From positions 37,448,001 to 37,512,000 of the forward strand of contig OX597838.1 of the NCBI GenBank assembly GCA_951406725.2: a stretch of 64,000 nt of DNA, read 5' to 3'. The DNA comes from Octopus vulgaris. Lineage: Eukaryota. The notes beneath the pieces were generated by a model. The model was given only the letters and a program-made list of their open reading frames with translations, made no database searches and was not told the origin of the DNA. The first letter of the stretch is position 1. Every line of letters begins with the position of its first letter. Shown piece by piece: positions 14,015 through 27,985 of the stretch. A program made the position numbers and the translations under genes.

Positions 14015-14805
14015 TTATTTATTGGTTAACGATCTTTCATCTATTTTCTCAACTTTTTTCAGAAACTTTTTTGTTTTCGAAATTTTGTTTCTTTTTGATC
14101 TTATGATTTGTTAGAATTAAACATTTTTCAAGAAATTCTGAGAGTGATAATACTCTTAACCCCATATGTGTTAGAACCTGTCAATTTGGTAATGCCGATC
14201 AGCGAAGAATTTGCAATATTCATAACACTGCAGATGTGAAAATTTTTCATCCTGGACATGATTGGTTTAAGATATTTCCGAGAAACAAGTCTTCTTTCAA
14301 ATATTACTTTGTTGTTGTTGTTCTTCTTCTTCTTCTTATTATTATTATTATTTCCGGGCGAAATGCTTAGCGATATTTCGTCTGCCGTTACGTTCTGAGT
14401 TCAAATTCCGCCGAGGTCGACTTTGCCTTTCATCCTTTCAGGGTCGATAAATAAAGTACCAGTTACGCACTGGGCTCGATATAATCGACTTAATCCCTTT
14501 GTCTGTCCTTGTTTGTCCCCTCTATGTTTAGCCCCTTGTGGGCAATAAATAAATATACTATTATTATTATTATTATTATTATTATTATCATCATCATCAG
14601 TACAGCGAGCTAGAAGAATCGTTAGCACGCCGCATGAAATGCTTAAGTGGTAATTCGTCCGTCTATACGTTCTGAGTTCAAAGGTCGACTTTGCCTTTAA
14701 TCCTTTCGGGGTGAATAAAATGATAACCAGTTCAGTACTAGGGTCAGTGAAATCGACGTAACCCTTCCACCCAAATTTCAGGCCTTATGCCTTTAGTAGA
14801 AAGTA

Positions 14806-14835
<30 letters not shown>

Positions 14836-14837
<2 letters not shown>

Positions 14838-16700
14838 TCTCTTTATCGCAGGTTTTGTTGGAGCTCCTGGAATCTTACATGTCTACGGGCTTGCTATCCA
14901 TTCTTTTCAGCCATCTGATACTTTCCTGATTATTCAGGCCGTGCCATGGAAGCAAATCTTTTGGAACAGTTCTACTGGGCACTCTATTCCAATTTCCTTT
15001 ATATTCCCCCTTGATTCCTTCATCCCGAGGACCCAACAATAATTGGCAGCCGGGCCATTTCGTACTTAAGAGGGCTGTCTTTTTGCCTTCATTCTTGACA
15101 GTTTGTCGGTCAAAGGGCCATGCAACATCAATTATATACCATATGTGGCGCAACTTGTTCACCACCACTAGGTCCAGTCTGTTATGTTCTAGCACCTGAT
15201 CTGTTTGGATTGGGAAGTTCCAGAAGAATTTCCTAGTCTCCTACTCCGCCACTCTCTACGGTTTGTACTCATACCGCGTCTCGCCTCTCTCTAGTCTCCA
15301 CTTTTCGCACAGTTTCCAATGTAGCACTTTCGCTACCTGATCGTGTGGACACAACTTCTAATGGTTTGGGGGCAAATCTAGGGCATACGTTCATGATATG
15401 GGCAATGGCTTAAATCCACTCTATTGCAGATGCAGCACAGTGGAGATACTTGCTCATTTCTAAGGTTCATCATCCACTTCGTGGCCAAAGCTTGGTTTAG
15501 CGCTGCCAGTACAGTACTCTCGGTCTCATTTTTTAGGGTTCTTTTCATCAGCCAATCCCACCTCTTTTTTCCGGCAAATTCTGTTGTGGCTTCATGAAAT
15601 TGATTGCGTTGTCCCTTCTTGCGAAATTCTTCTTCATGTTCTTTCTGCACTACTTCCTTTGTTTTTCCTTCTTTCTCTGCTTTCAATACTCCCTCGTTCC
15701 AACTGTCACTTGCAAGGTTTCCTTACTTTGGGCTGGGTATCTCTCGAGTTCGATACGTACGCAGTCATCCACACTTATCAGTTCACTTCCTCCAGTTTCT
15801 CTTTTTCTGGATCTTTTCTTTTGTTACTCCCATTATATTTCTTTTTCTTGATATCAACACCCACATTTTCTGCTACGACAATACTTGCTGTCTTGATCAA
15901 ATTATTTGTTTCTGTGTTGTTTTTTGTTCTGATATATTTCAGAATTTCATTCAAATTTTTCGTTTCTTGTTTTAATTTTCACCGATCCACCATTTTGAGG
16001 TTGCAAAAAGTGTCGCTATCGTTTTCCTCTAGCCTTGCCTTTATTCTGTCGTAGATTGCCTTTTGCCCATCTGTCATGTCACCATCAATTTTATTGTCTT
16101 CTTCCAGACCATCTCTATGTCTCTCATCGAGCAAGGTGTCACTATTTCTTTTTTGTCGTTTATTAGAGATTTCGCCTCTGTTTTCTGCTATGAGATTACT
16201 TTTATCTGTAGGAACTGTATTTTCATCGTTTCCTCTGCTGCTGTTTTCCAATACCTGTCCTGTGATAGCTTCGAGCTCTACCTCTGTGAACCAAGGTTTT
16301 TTTATTGCTCTAGCTTGATCACATAATATCTATTCCGTAATATCTATTTCTCTCCATTGATCATACATACGTTGTCGGTATCCCCTAAGATGAACACTAT
16401 TTTCGTCTACAAGGTTGCTCAGGTAGTAACACTCCCTAACCACAGCATTGACTTGCCTAGCCCATCTACGTCTTGTGTGCTTGTCCATTGATGGATATCG
16501 ACAGGCTGGAGTCGGATCAGTATTTCTGAGCCTACCGGGTGCAACAATGTCACCATCATTGGCTTCAGTTTCATTACCACCGTTATTCACAATATTTTGT
16601 TTTTTCATTGTCACTCATATGAGGTAGCGTTTATCAGGTTGCGCAATTACCAGCGTTTTTATTGTGACACCATCCCTGAGATTCCAACTGCTTTCTTTCA
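14836..16700 (-). mobile_element. R4/Dong-like restriction-endonuclease LINE, 5' end retained, RT internally deleted, frameshifted
   Basis: N-terminal RRRW...ECYYLS...RGYRQRMYDQW..DQARAI motif; C-terminal LKNETES..LAA, decayed zinc knuckle, HDQVAKVLHW, HNRLDLVV..IIDVA. (AAT)n on both flanks. Confidence 0.8.
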
Positions 16701-17025
16701 TAATTATTATTATTATTTTTATCACTGATATCATTTTATCACTATTTGTCATTGTTAATATTTCCTCTGATCTGACATGAGTTTTGGCTAAATTATTATT
16801 ATTATTATTATTATTAATATTATTATTGTTATTGTTATTATTATTTATTATTATCATCATCATCATCATTATTATTATTATTATTATTCTCATCATCATC
16901 ATCATTATTAATATTATTATTTATTATTTTTATTATTATTATCATCATCATCATTATTAATATTATTATTATTATTTTTATTATTATTATCATCATCATC
17001 ATCATTATTATTATTATTATTATCA

Positions 17026-17090
<65 letters not shown>

Positions 17091-17277
17091 TCCATTTATT
17101 ACTAAAAGGTGTTATTAAATGTTGTTTAGTTTCAACCATTGTCTTGTACTTGAGATAATCATAAATATGTGAGGGTTGAAGGGAAAAGTAGGAGGATAGG
17201 GAAGCAGCTTGGTGAATTATCATCATCATCATCATCATCATCATCAAGGCAACGAGCTGGCAGAATCATTATACACT

Positions 17278-17308
<31 letters not shown>

Positions 17309-17392
17309 CAAAAGGATCAAAGCTCCTTTCCGAGTCATGGATTAATAAGTTCCATCGGAAGATTATTTACTTATCATTCTTTTTTGTCGATT

Positions 17393-17505
17393 GAGAGAAC
17401 TGGAGCAACGAGATATGAAGCAATTGCTTAAGAACACAACGCATCTCCCGGTCCAGGATCGAAACTACAATCTCACAATCCCGAGTGCAACAGCTAACCA
17501 CCACT
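17393..17505 (-). mobile_element. Decayed CORE-type SINE head (family D)
   Basis: Similar to the reverse complement of 35780-35876. Confidence 0.55.
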
Positions 17506-17691
17506 AAACAACACTATACACTACCATACACTCGCGCACGCACCCACACACACACACACACATTCGCAATACATACTTAATATGCTTATCCATTTTTTTT
17601 CTACATATGACAAATATCTAATTATCTTTATATGTAATCCTATAATGTAGACCGCTTTCATATTCGACCAAGAGGAAAATCCAAAGCATTT

Positions 17692-17748
<57 letters not shown>

Positions 17749-18363
17749 CACACGCACACACACACACACACATACTTACATGAACGTAGAAATGTTTTAA
17801 CATAGTTACCCATAAAGAAATCATTTGATCATGAAAGCGAACATCTATAACTATGAAAGGCAATACAAAACACTTCCAAACGAAATGCTTTTCATGAGAG
17901 AAATGGTTTCGACCAAAGATGTATAGACATCCTTCAGAAACAAAGAAAAATTTCTTCTCTGAGATCTGAAGATAAATATTGCAAATAAACAATTCATAAC
18001 ATCATAGGCAACTTCCAGTATCAATTCAGTTATTAATCGTGGCGCTCCCTGGCGGCAGTTATTGTGAACGGACGTAACCATTTCTGGATAACATATACCG
18101 TAGCTGGAAGTTTAGATTTTTAGTCGGAGAGTAACGAAGAAGGTGCTTAGGATATACATATTTTGTATGTTTATTAGTCTTTCTACTTAAAGACAAAAAA
18201 ATTCATTTAGGCGTAGGAGTGGCTGTGTGGTAAGTACCTTGCTTAGGAACCACATGGTTCCGGGTTCAGTCCCACTGTGTGGAACTATATATAGTCTCGG
18301 GCCGATTTGGTAGGCGGAAACTGAAAGAAGCCCGTCTTATATATGTATATATATATATATATC

Positions 18364-18911
18364 TTAATGTAGGATAAAATTTTTTTCGAAAAAAATTCTT
18401 TTCCAAAAAAAATCTTATCAATGGCCAGCATATTAAAAAATACCTTTAAAGGTTAAATTTATAAACAATTCATAAAAAGGGCAAACAAAAAAATTTCAAA
18501 TGCCAAATATGCCGAAAAATTGGACATATTGTCCATTAACCATTAATTTTTTCACAATTCGCACGCTACTCGAAAAAAGGTCGACAGAAATTTCTTTAAA
18601 ATTCCATTATTACCATATCGGACCGATTTCAGGGTTAGCTCATAACAGCCCTCCCTTCGTCAGTGTTACATGTGGCAAAAGAAATAAATGAGGTACTTAC
18701 TCATACCCATGGAAGAAGCAAACACTAAGCCATGAGCACAATTAAGTACCCCAAATACATTCAAAATAGAAATACTCCAGCCCATTCGAGACACATGCGA
18801 TTTGAACTGATGCTCTCACAAGAGTCCGAAAGTGAACGCTTAAATTTCTATTTTAATGTAGGATAAAATCATTTTCGAAACAAATTCTTTTCCCCAAAAA
18901 AACTTATCAAT
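18364..18911 (-). mobile_element. Non-autonomous Penelope-like or retrozyme-like element with ~58 bp direct terminal repeats and a hammerhead-like motif
   Basis: 18364-18422 is similar to 18853-18911; minus strand 18615-18669 reads CUGACGA-AGGG..CCCU-GAAAUCGGUC; flanked by (TA)n and (TC)n. Confidence 0.6.
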
Positions 18912-18916
18912 TTTTG

Positions 18917-18990
<74 letters not shown>

Positions 18991-18991
<1 letters not shown>

Positions 18992-19376
18992 TCTTTTTCT
19001 CTTTTACTTGTTTCAGTCATTTGACTGTGGCCATGCTGGAGCACCACCTTAAGTCGAGCAAATCGAGCCCAGAACTTTTTCTTTGTAAGCCTCATACTTA
19101 TTCTATTGGTTTCCTTTGCCGAACCACTAAGTTACGGGGACGTAAACTCACCATCATCGGTTGTCAAGCGATGTTGGGGGGGGACAAACACAGACACACA
19201 AACATATACACGCACATACATACATACATATATACGACGGGCTTTCAGTTTACGTCTACCAAATCCTCTCACAAGGCTTTGGTCGGCCCGAGTCTATAGT
19301 AGAAGACACTTGCCCAAGGTGCCACGCAGTGGGGACTGAACCCGCAACCATGTAGTTGGTTAGCAAGGTACTTACC
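18991..19376 (-). mobile_element. Family-A (OK-like) SINE
   Basis: Consensus match. Confidence 0.9.
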
Positions 19377-19400
19377 ACATACCCACTCCTGCACCTATAC

Positions 19401-19446
<46 letters not shown>

Positions 19447-19528
19447 ACACATATATACATATTACATACACATGCATACATATATATATGTATATATATG
19501 TATGTATATATAGCGTATATATATATAA

Positions 19529-19625
<97 letters not shown>

Positions 19626-20219
19626 CATACACACATACATACTTACATCCAATTATTTATTCATTTTCAGCACACAAACACCAATAATATACAAACACAC
19701 TGAAACAGCAGAAATGCAAGGAAAGGAACCGAGGATAAAAAAAATAAAGAAACAGAAACAAAAAAGCTGGAAAGATTAAGCAAAACAAAAAAGAACAGAA
19801 AAGAAAATAAATGCAAACAAGCAGACAAACAGACATCTTTCAATTACAAACTGGGTTTAATTCAAACTTTCAAATGTTATAAAAGAATGCATGGAAAATG
19901 AAACACTTAGAAACACAGGCGAAGGATAAAGAAGCATATAAAGAACATTATTATTATTATTATTATTGTTATCATTATTATTATTATTATCATTATTATC
20001 ATTATTATCATTATTATTATTATCATTATCGTTATTATTATTATTATCATTATTAACATTATTATTATTATCATTATTATCATTATTATTATTATTATCA
20101 TTATTATCATCATTATCATCATTATTATTATTATTATCATTATTATTATTATTAACATTATTATTATTACTATTATTATTATTATCATTATTATTATTAT
20201 TATCATTATTATCATTATT

Positions 20220-20259
<40 letters not shown>

Positions 20260-20387
20260 GATAGAGAAAATAACGAATAAATACTTGTGGCTATTCTTTC
20301 CGAAAGAAAAAGATCCCAAAATAGTTTCCATTCCATTGTCCATTAAAGTATTCCGGTAGGATTACCACCAACCGAGGAATATATTTG

Positions 20388-20458
<71 letters not shown>

Positions 20459-20579
20459 TGTGTGTTTGTGTGTGTGTGATTGTAAGTGGTGTGTTGGTGT
20501 GTTATTGTAAGCTTTTTTTGTATCATCGGTAGCTTGTCTCATATTTTGTGTTGGGATTATGTAGGACATAAAAGAGTTG

Positions 20580-20649
<70 letters not shown>

Positions 20650-20712
20650 CAGACAGATAGACAGACTGACAGACAGATAGCAAGCTAGATAGAAAGCTAG
20701 ATAGACAGATAA

Positions 20713-20793
<81 letters not shown>

Positions 20794-20908
20794 GATTGAT
20801 AGATAGATACATAGATATATAGACAGACAGATAGACAGACTGACAGACAGATAGCAAGCTAGATAGGAAGCTAGATAGACAGATAAATAGATAGATAGAT
20901 AGATAGAC

Positions 20909-20959
<51 letters not shown>

Positions 20960-20964
20960 CAGAC

Positions 20965-21013
<49 letters not shown>

Positions 21014-21268
21014 TATATATAGATAGATAGATAGATAGGAAAAGAGTGACAGGCAGAGATATAAAGGAGAGCTAGAAAAGTGAGATACAGGGAGGTAGAG
21101 AGAGAGAGAGAAAGGGGAGAGAAGAAAGAGAGAGAGAGAGAATAGAAACAGTGGGATTGGAGATGACATAATGAGAGCAAAAGAGAGAAGGAAATGGACG
21201 AAAGACAGAGAAGGAAGAGGAGCTGAAGAGAACGAAACGTAAATATGTTCGTATGTGTATGTGTATAT

Positions 21269-21302
<34 letters not shown>

Positions 21303-21360
21303 ATGTGTGTGTATGTATATATGTACGTACGTATGTATGTAATAAAAAAAAAAAAATATG

Positions 21361-21478
<118 letters not shown>

Positions 21479-22668
21479 GTATATATATATATATTATATA
21501 TATTATATGTTATATATATATATATATATATTTTTATTCAGGAATCCCTTGCTTTACGGAAGTAATGCGCGCATGAAATTTAAGCAGTAACGCGAAATTA
21601 GTTTTTCTGTTGACCCTTTTTTATTGCATGAGTTTGCGTTCCTACGGACGTTTTCGGAAGAAAAAAAAAATGGAAAAAAAAGCGCACAAAACAACAGAGA
21701 ACAAGCCACAGGATCACCTTTACACATGAAAATAACCATTTCTAAACATACGTAATCCAATATAGATACATAAAAAACGCGAAAAACATTTCAAGAGGAA
21801 CATGTTAGGGAATTAATACGAGTCGTAAAATCGTAGGAGTCCGTTCCTACCACAAAGGACAGTGTTTGGAGTGGGGGCTGAATGCGCGTTACTAAAAGAA
21901 TGAGGGGCAATATTTACTATCTTATAGTTCATTATCACGAACATCAGCTCGAGGGGCGAAGAACTTATACAAGTTGTTTGCTGTTTATGACATATCATCT
22001 CTATACAGCTGAATATAAGAACTGATCTCGTTGTAAACTTCTCTTGTAAATTTTTATGTTACGTTCACCATTACGATCGTTATTAGCAAAGACCTCAGAC
22101 TTTCCTCTTTTGCAATGATTTTTGCAGTCAATTTAAGCGTGGTGTAGGTGGAACTTCCGTTGCCTCATCTGTATTCTCAGCGTGTTTTTTTTTTCTCTCT
22201 GGGGCACTAGCAGCTCAATCGTATCATCCACCATGATTTCTCCAAATCCTACATCATTTGCAAGTGTCACAATATCTTTCCGAATTCCATGGAATGTCAC
22301 GCATACAGCTTGGTGATATATATTTTCTAAGCACTGTTCAAAATTGAAGGCTTCACTTTACTCCATGACTCAGCTATGTTATCCATTACATTCTCAAAAA
22401 AAACGTACCAGACGATTTTTGGAAGCTTTAAATTCTTATGTTGATTTCTCTTCTCGTGGGATAAAAGTTTTAGCAGGCATGCACTTTCCCCCCAAAAAAT
22501 GAATGTTTATCAATATTGTATACTCAATCGTATCATCCTCCATGATTTCTTCAAATCCTACATCCTACATCCTACATCCTACAACTGTCACAATATCTTT
22601 CGGAATTCGATGGAATTAATAGTAAATGTGTAATGTCACGGATACAGCTTGGTCATATATATTTTCTA

Positions 22669-22888
22669 AGGTGGCGAGCTGGCAGAAACGTTAGCGCGCC
22701 GGACGAAATGTTTAGCGGTATTTCGTCTGTCGTTATGTTCTGAGTTCAAATTCCGCCGAGGTCGACTTTGCTTTTTATCCTTTCGGGGTCGATAAATAAA
22801 GTACCAGTTTTGCAACTGGGGTCATTGTGATTCCTTAGTCCTTGTTTGTCCACTCTATGTTTAGCCCCTTATGGGCAGTAAAGAAATA
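22669..22888 (+). mobile_element. Family-B SINE inserted in the Tigger remnant
   Basis: 17 bp TSD CATATATATTTTCTAAG at 22654-22670 and 22889-22905. Confidence 0.92.
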
Positions 22889-23243
22889 CATATATATTTT
22901 CTAAGCACTGTTCAAAATTGAAGGCTTCACTTTACCCCATGACTCAGCTACGTTATCCATCGCATTCTCAAAAGAACTTCCAGACGATTTTTGAAAGCTT
23001 TAAATCCTTATATTGATTTCTCTTCTCGTGAGATAAAAGTTCTAACGGGCGTGCACTTTCAAAAAACAACAAAAAAAAATGAATGTTCATCAACATTGTA
23101 TACTTTCAATGGCTCAGGATAATTAGTAGCAGTGCCTGTATCAGCGCTCGCAGTTTCATTAATCTTTTTTATGTTGTACAAATTCAAACCTTAAACCTTT
23201 CAAACCCGCATTTTTTGGCCAAAAGGGGATTTTCATTACAAGT

Positions 23244-23633
23244 AGTGGAGACGCAATGGCCCAGTTGTTAGGGCAGCGGACTCGCGGTCGTAGGATCGCG
23301 GTTTCCATTCCCAGACCGGGCGTTGTGAATGTTTATTGAGCGAAAACACCTAAAGCTCCACGAGGCTCCGGCAGGGGATGGTGGTGATCCCTGCTGTACT
23401 CTTTCACCACAACTTTCTCTCACTCTTACTTCCTGTTTCTGTTGTACCTGTATTTCAAAGGGCCGGCCTTGTCACTCTCTGTGTCACGCTGAATATCCCC
23501 GAGAACTACGTTAAGGGTACACGTGTCTGTGGAGTGCTCAGCCACTTACACGTTAATTTCACGAGCAGGCTGTTCCGTTGATTCGGATCAACCGGAACCC
23601 TCGTCGTCGTAACCGACGGAGTGCTTCAATCCA
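23244..23633 (+). mobile_element. Family-C tRNA(Arg)-like SINE, long-tail type (~390 bp, OR1-like)
   Basis: Same head as 51323 but a different 3' half; 12 bp TSD TTCATTACAAGT at 23232-23243 and 23634-23645. Confidence 0.9.
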
Positions 23634-24023
23634 TTCATTACAAGTTTCACGTTACTTTTTCTGAAAATTATCATCTAAACATTTGACTTAATTTTTTTTA
23701 ATTGTCATTTTGTTTATCAGCACATTATGCTGATTCCATCCATACTCTCAAGACTCGTTCCATTTTAAGTATTACATTATATCTATAGAAAAATACGGTC
23801 CAGGTAGTTAACGGAGTAGCTTCTCGAGCACTTGCCATAATCTTCGTTCTGGTGTCACATATTGTTCCCAATGTAGACATCGCCAAATTTAATATTTTGA
23901 CAATACAACTTAGTTTTTTCTCCCTCGTCAAATCTTCATAAAACATCAAATTTTTACGGCTGTGTCTATAGAAATCAAATGTTTGCGCTGTATATAAGCT
24001 CACTCCGGCCATCAAAACGACAC

Positions 24024-24472
24024 TTATTTCTTTATTGCCCACAGGGGGATAAACACAGAGGGGACAAACAAGGATAGACAAAGGAATTAAGTCGATTACA
24101 TCGACCCCAGTGCGTAACTGGTACTTATTTAAGGCGGCGAGCTGGCAGAAACGTTAGCACACCGGGCGAAATGTTTAGCGGTATTTCGTCTGCGTTACGT
24201 TGTGAGTTCAAATTCCGCCGAGGTCGACTTAGCCTTTCATCCTTTCGGGGTCGATAAATTAAGTACCAGTTACGCACTGGGGTCGATGTAATCGACTTAA
24301 TACCTATGTCTGTCCTTGTTTGTCCCCTCTGTGTTTAGCCCCTTGTGGGTAATAAAGAAATAGGTACTTATTTAATCGACCCCGAAAGGATGAAAGGCAA
24401 AGTCGAACTCGGCGGAATTTGAACTCAGAACGTTAAAGCATTTCGCCCGGCGTGCTAACGATTCTGCCAGCT
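24024..24472 (-). mobile_element. Family-B SINE containing a nested opposite-strand family-B SINE (24131-24362)
   Basis: Inner TSD GGTACTTATTTAA at 24120-24132 and 24363-24375; outer TSD TCAAAACGACA. Confidence 0.92.
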
Positions 24473-24839
24473 CAAAACGACATTGTCCGTACAGATGTAG
24501 AGTGAGCCACACGTTAGGTTTTGTCAGAGTCATCGCAGATCAAAGTGAAATAAAATGTTTTGCTAAAGAACACAACGCCAGTTCCCTGTTCAAGAATCGA
24601 AACCAGAAATCAAAACCAGGAATTTTGCAATCAATGAGAGAAACATCTGAACCACAAATAAACATCAATAAATGAAAATTTTATTCTTTTTTCTATTTAA
24701 AATTTTCATTTCACCAATTTCTAATTAATTCACAGTCGACATGCGATATTAAAATTATTATTATTGTTGTTGTTGTTATTGTTAGGAAAATGACGAGTGT
24801 GCAACGGCGACATGTCGCGTCACTATGAAAAATCATCCT

Positions 24840-25225
24840 GGTGGGCTCAAAGACCTAATTACAACAAAAAGCTACTGGAAATCTCATTAAGAGAACGTTT
24901 GATGGAACAAAATCTTTGAATGATGTTCAGAGACACGATTGGTCCTCACTTAAGATACGAAAAGAGAAGTCATGGATTATTGCAAGCAGTGTGCAAAATT
25001 CCTAATTCAAATGTTAATGGCTATGCAAGTCTCAGTTCTTTAGTTAGAGATTGTGACATCCCCCAAAGAAGCGTATGCAGATTATTCCATTCATATGGAT
25101 TATGGTCATGCAATCTTATGCTGCTACATCGAATTACGCATGAAGATAAAGAAAGGCGTTTAGAATTTGCCCGATGGTTGACTAGGAATAATGGAGTCTT
25201 ACTGGAAATATTCTTGGCCTGGGGA
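24840..25225 (+). pseudogene. Tc1/mariner-superfamily transposase N-terminal fragment
   Basis: ORF 24920-25291 contains IPQRSVCRL..GL..LMLLHRITHEDKERRLEFARW, typical of the region just before the first catalytic Asp; decayed. Confidence 0.6.
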
Positions 25226-25627
25226 ATTTCGTTTTCTTTGAATTCGTTATTTCTTTCTTTTTTTTATTATTACTTTGAATGGGTTTGTTAATCACTGTGA
25301 TTCCATCGTTTGCTTTCACTCGTAATGGCGTTGGTGTTGTTGCGTTTACAAAGAATTTGCAAAAGTATTTTTTAAAAAAAGACCCAACAAAATAATAAAA
25401 TAATAACTCAGTGGTTCATGTCTGGTGTTTAAAAGAATTCATTTTAAAGAATGAATGAATATTTACATGAATAAAATTTATGAACATTACATACATACAT
25501 ACATACATACATTACATACATACATACATGCACACATACATACATATATAATACATACACACACAAATGCATACATACATACATACATTCATTCATTCAT
25601 TCATTCATACATACATACATACATTCA

Positions 25628-25661
<34 letters not shown>

Positions 25662-25748
25662 AAACATACACACACAAATACATACATACATACATACATA
25701 CATACATGCATACATACATACATTCATACATACATACATTCATTCATT

Positions 25749-25780
<32 letters not shown>

Positions 25781-26676
25781 ATACATACACACACACATAC
25801 ATACATACATACATACATACATACATACATACATACATACATACATACATACATACATACATACAAACAGAGACATAGTCTTGAACAAGAATGTTCTTGA
25901 CAGTGAATCCGGCGATGGCTTAATTGGCCTAAACTTCGAAGTCCCTGTTAACAAGATTCTTGTATAAGGGTAATAACTTTGTCCTCTGCAAAATGTTAAA
26001 TTGTTTATATCATAACTGAATATAGAAACAAACATTAATACAAGCATATATATGTGCGCGCGTGTGTGTGTGATTATTAACAGGACTCTATAAAAAGGCG
26101 GCGAGCTGGCAGAATCGTTAGCATTCCGGACAAAACGCTGATCAGCATTTCGTCCGACTTTACGTTCTGAGTATATATTCCACCGCGGTCGACTTTGCCT
26201 TTCATTCTTTCGGGGTCGACCTTGCCTTTCATTCTTTCGGGGTCGATAAATTAAGTACCTGTTGAGCACTGGAGTTGATATGGTCGACTCTAACCCATTT
26301 CTCAAATGCGAGGCCTTGTGCCTATAATAGAAAGGATTATTATGACTTGATATAGTCATTAGGGGCCTGAAATTCGTTTTATGAGAAAAGGCTAGTCAAC
26401 TACTTCGTCCCCAGTGCTCAACTGGTACCTATTTTATCGACCCAGGAACGATGAATGGCAAAGTCGATGTCGGTGGAATTCGAACTTAGATCTTTAAGCT
26501 ATGAGAAATGCTACTAAATATTCTATCCTACGCGCATTAATAAATGAATGCATTCATATATAGATATGTATGTATGTATATATGGATGTGTGCATGTATG
26601 TGTATATGTATGTATCTGTGTATGTGTATATGTATGCATGTATGTATGTATGTATGTATGTATGTATGTATGTATG

Positions 26677-26707
<31 letters not shown>

Positions 26708-27611
26708 CAGTTAAGTTTCGTGCAATGGCCATACTCGATAACGAGGGGGCAGCCATAATGTGTGTATGTATGTGTGTATGTATGTATGCATGTGTGTGTA
26801 TGTGTGTATGTGTGTATGTTATGTTTACATGTATGTATGTGTGTATGTTTGTATGTATGTATGTGCATGTATGTATGTGTGTATGTATGCAAGTGTTTTT
26901 GTATGGTTGTGTGTGTATGTATGCCTTTATATATGTACGTATGTAATGTGTAAGTGTATGTATGTATGTATGTATGTATGTATGTATGTTTGTGCGTATA
27001 TTCATTTATACACACACACACACACACACACACACGTACAATTGCATACACAAACGCACGCTCAGAAACATATTTATATGCTACTCTATATTTACCTTAA
27101 TAAAAAGAACCAACAACAGGTTTATGAATTATAGAGAATGGCTCACCTGTTCAAAATGACAGGTAGAACTATTGAGAAATTTCTTACCTGAATATCTGCC
27201 AGTTTGAAATTAATGGTAAAATATTACTAATATTACCTAAATGCGTTAAAGCAGAATCGATAGCACCCCGGTTAAAATGCTTGGCGGCATTTCGTTTGTC
27301 TTTACGTTCTGAGTTCAAATTCCGCCGAGTTTAACTTTGCCTTTCATCCTTTCATGGTCGACAAAATAGGTACCAGATGAGCACTAACGTCATAGAATGA
27401 ACTTAACCCCTCCCCTGGAATTGCAGGCCTTGTGACAAAATCTGAAATGATATTGCCTAAATGTTAGAGTGTGTACCACCTGCGGAACATACTATGTATC
27501 TGTGCGTGTAGTTATCTTAACGGCATAGAAGCATATAACAGATTGTGCTTTGGAAAATGACAGCTTCTTTGCTATGAGTTTTAATGGATAGCCTTAAAAA
27601 TTTAATCAAAA

Positions 27612-27985
27612 AATACATTGTGGACAGGGTAGTTAAGGATCCTGGCATGGGTGGGGCGCTGATCAGTTTGGATCAGTCTAAAGCCTTCGATAGGGTCGAC
27701 CATCGGTACTTGGCGGCCGTCCTCAGGGCGGTTGGCTTCGGTCCCGTCTTCCGCGGTTGGATCGCTGCCTTGTATAGCGGCATCTGATCGGTGATTCGGG
27801 TGAACGGTCACCTGTCGAAACCGTTTGACATCACGCTTTCGGTCCGTCAGGGGTGTCCCCTGTCGGCGCTTCTCTATGTATTGACTCTCGAGCCGCTACT
27901 GCGGAAGCTGGCGACACCCACGGGAACTGGGTTGCGGGACGAGCGTGTCGGCATATGCGGACGATGTCACCGTCATAGTGTCGAG
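27612..27985 (+). pseudogene. L1/Tx1-type LINE reverse transcriptase fragment
   Basis: [25 protein letters not shown], then AYADDVT after a frameshift; internal stop at 27785-27787; GC-rich island. Confidence 0.88.

Larger units (their letters stand above)
21539..24000 (-). mobile_element. Decayed Tigger/pogo DNA transposon, internally deleted and partly duplicated, with nested SINEs
   Basis: Minus-strand fragments LNLAMSTLGTI..KI..ATPL..R..KMERVLRVW (CENP-B-type HTH), GFERFK..NLYNIK..ETASAD, VYNVDE, TPVRTFISREEKS.GFKAFK, AESWGKVKPSILNSA; TIR-like CAGGAATCCCTTGCTTTACG at 21539. Confidence 0.75.
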
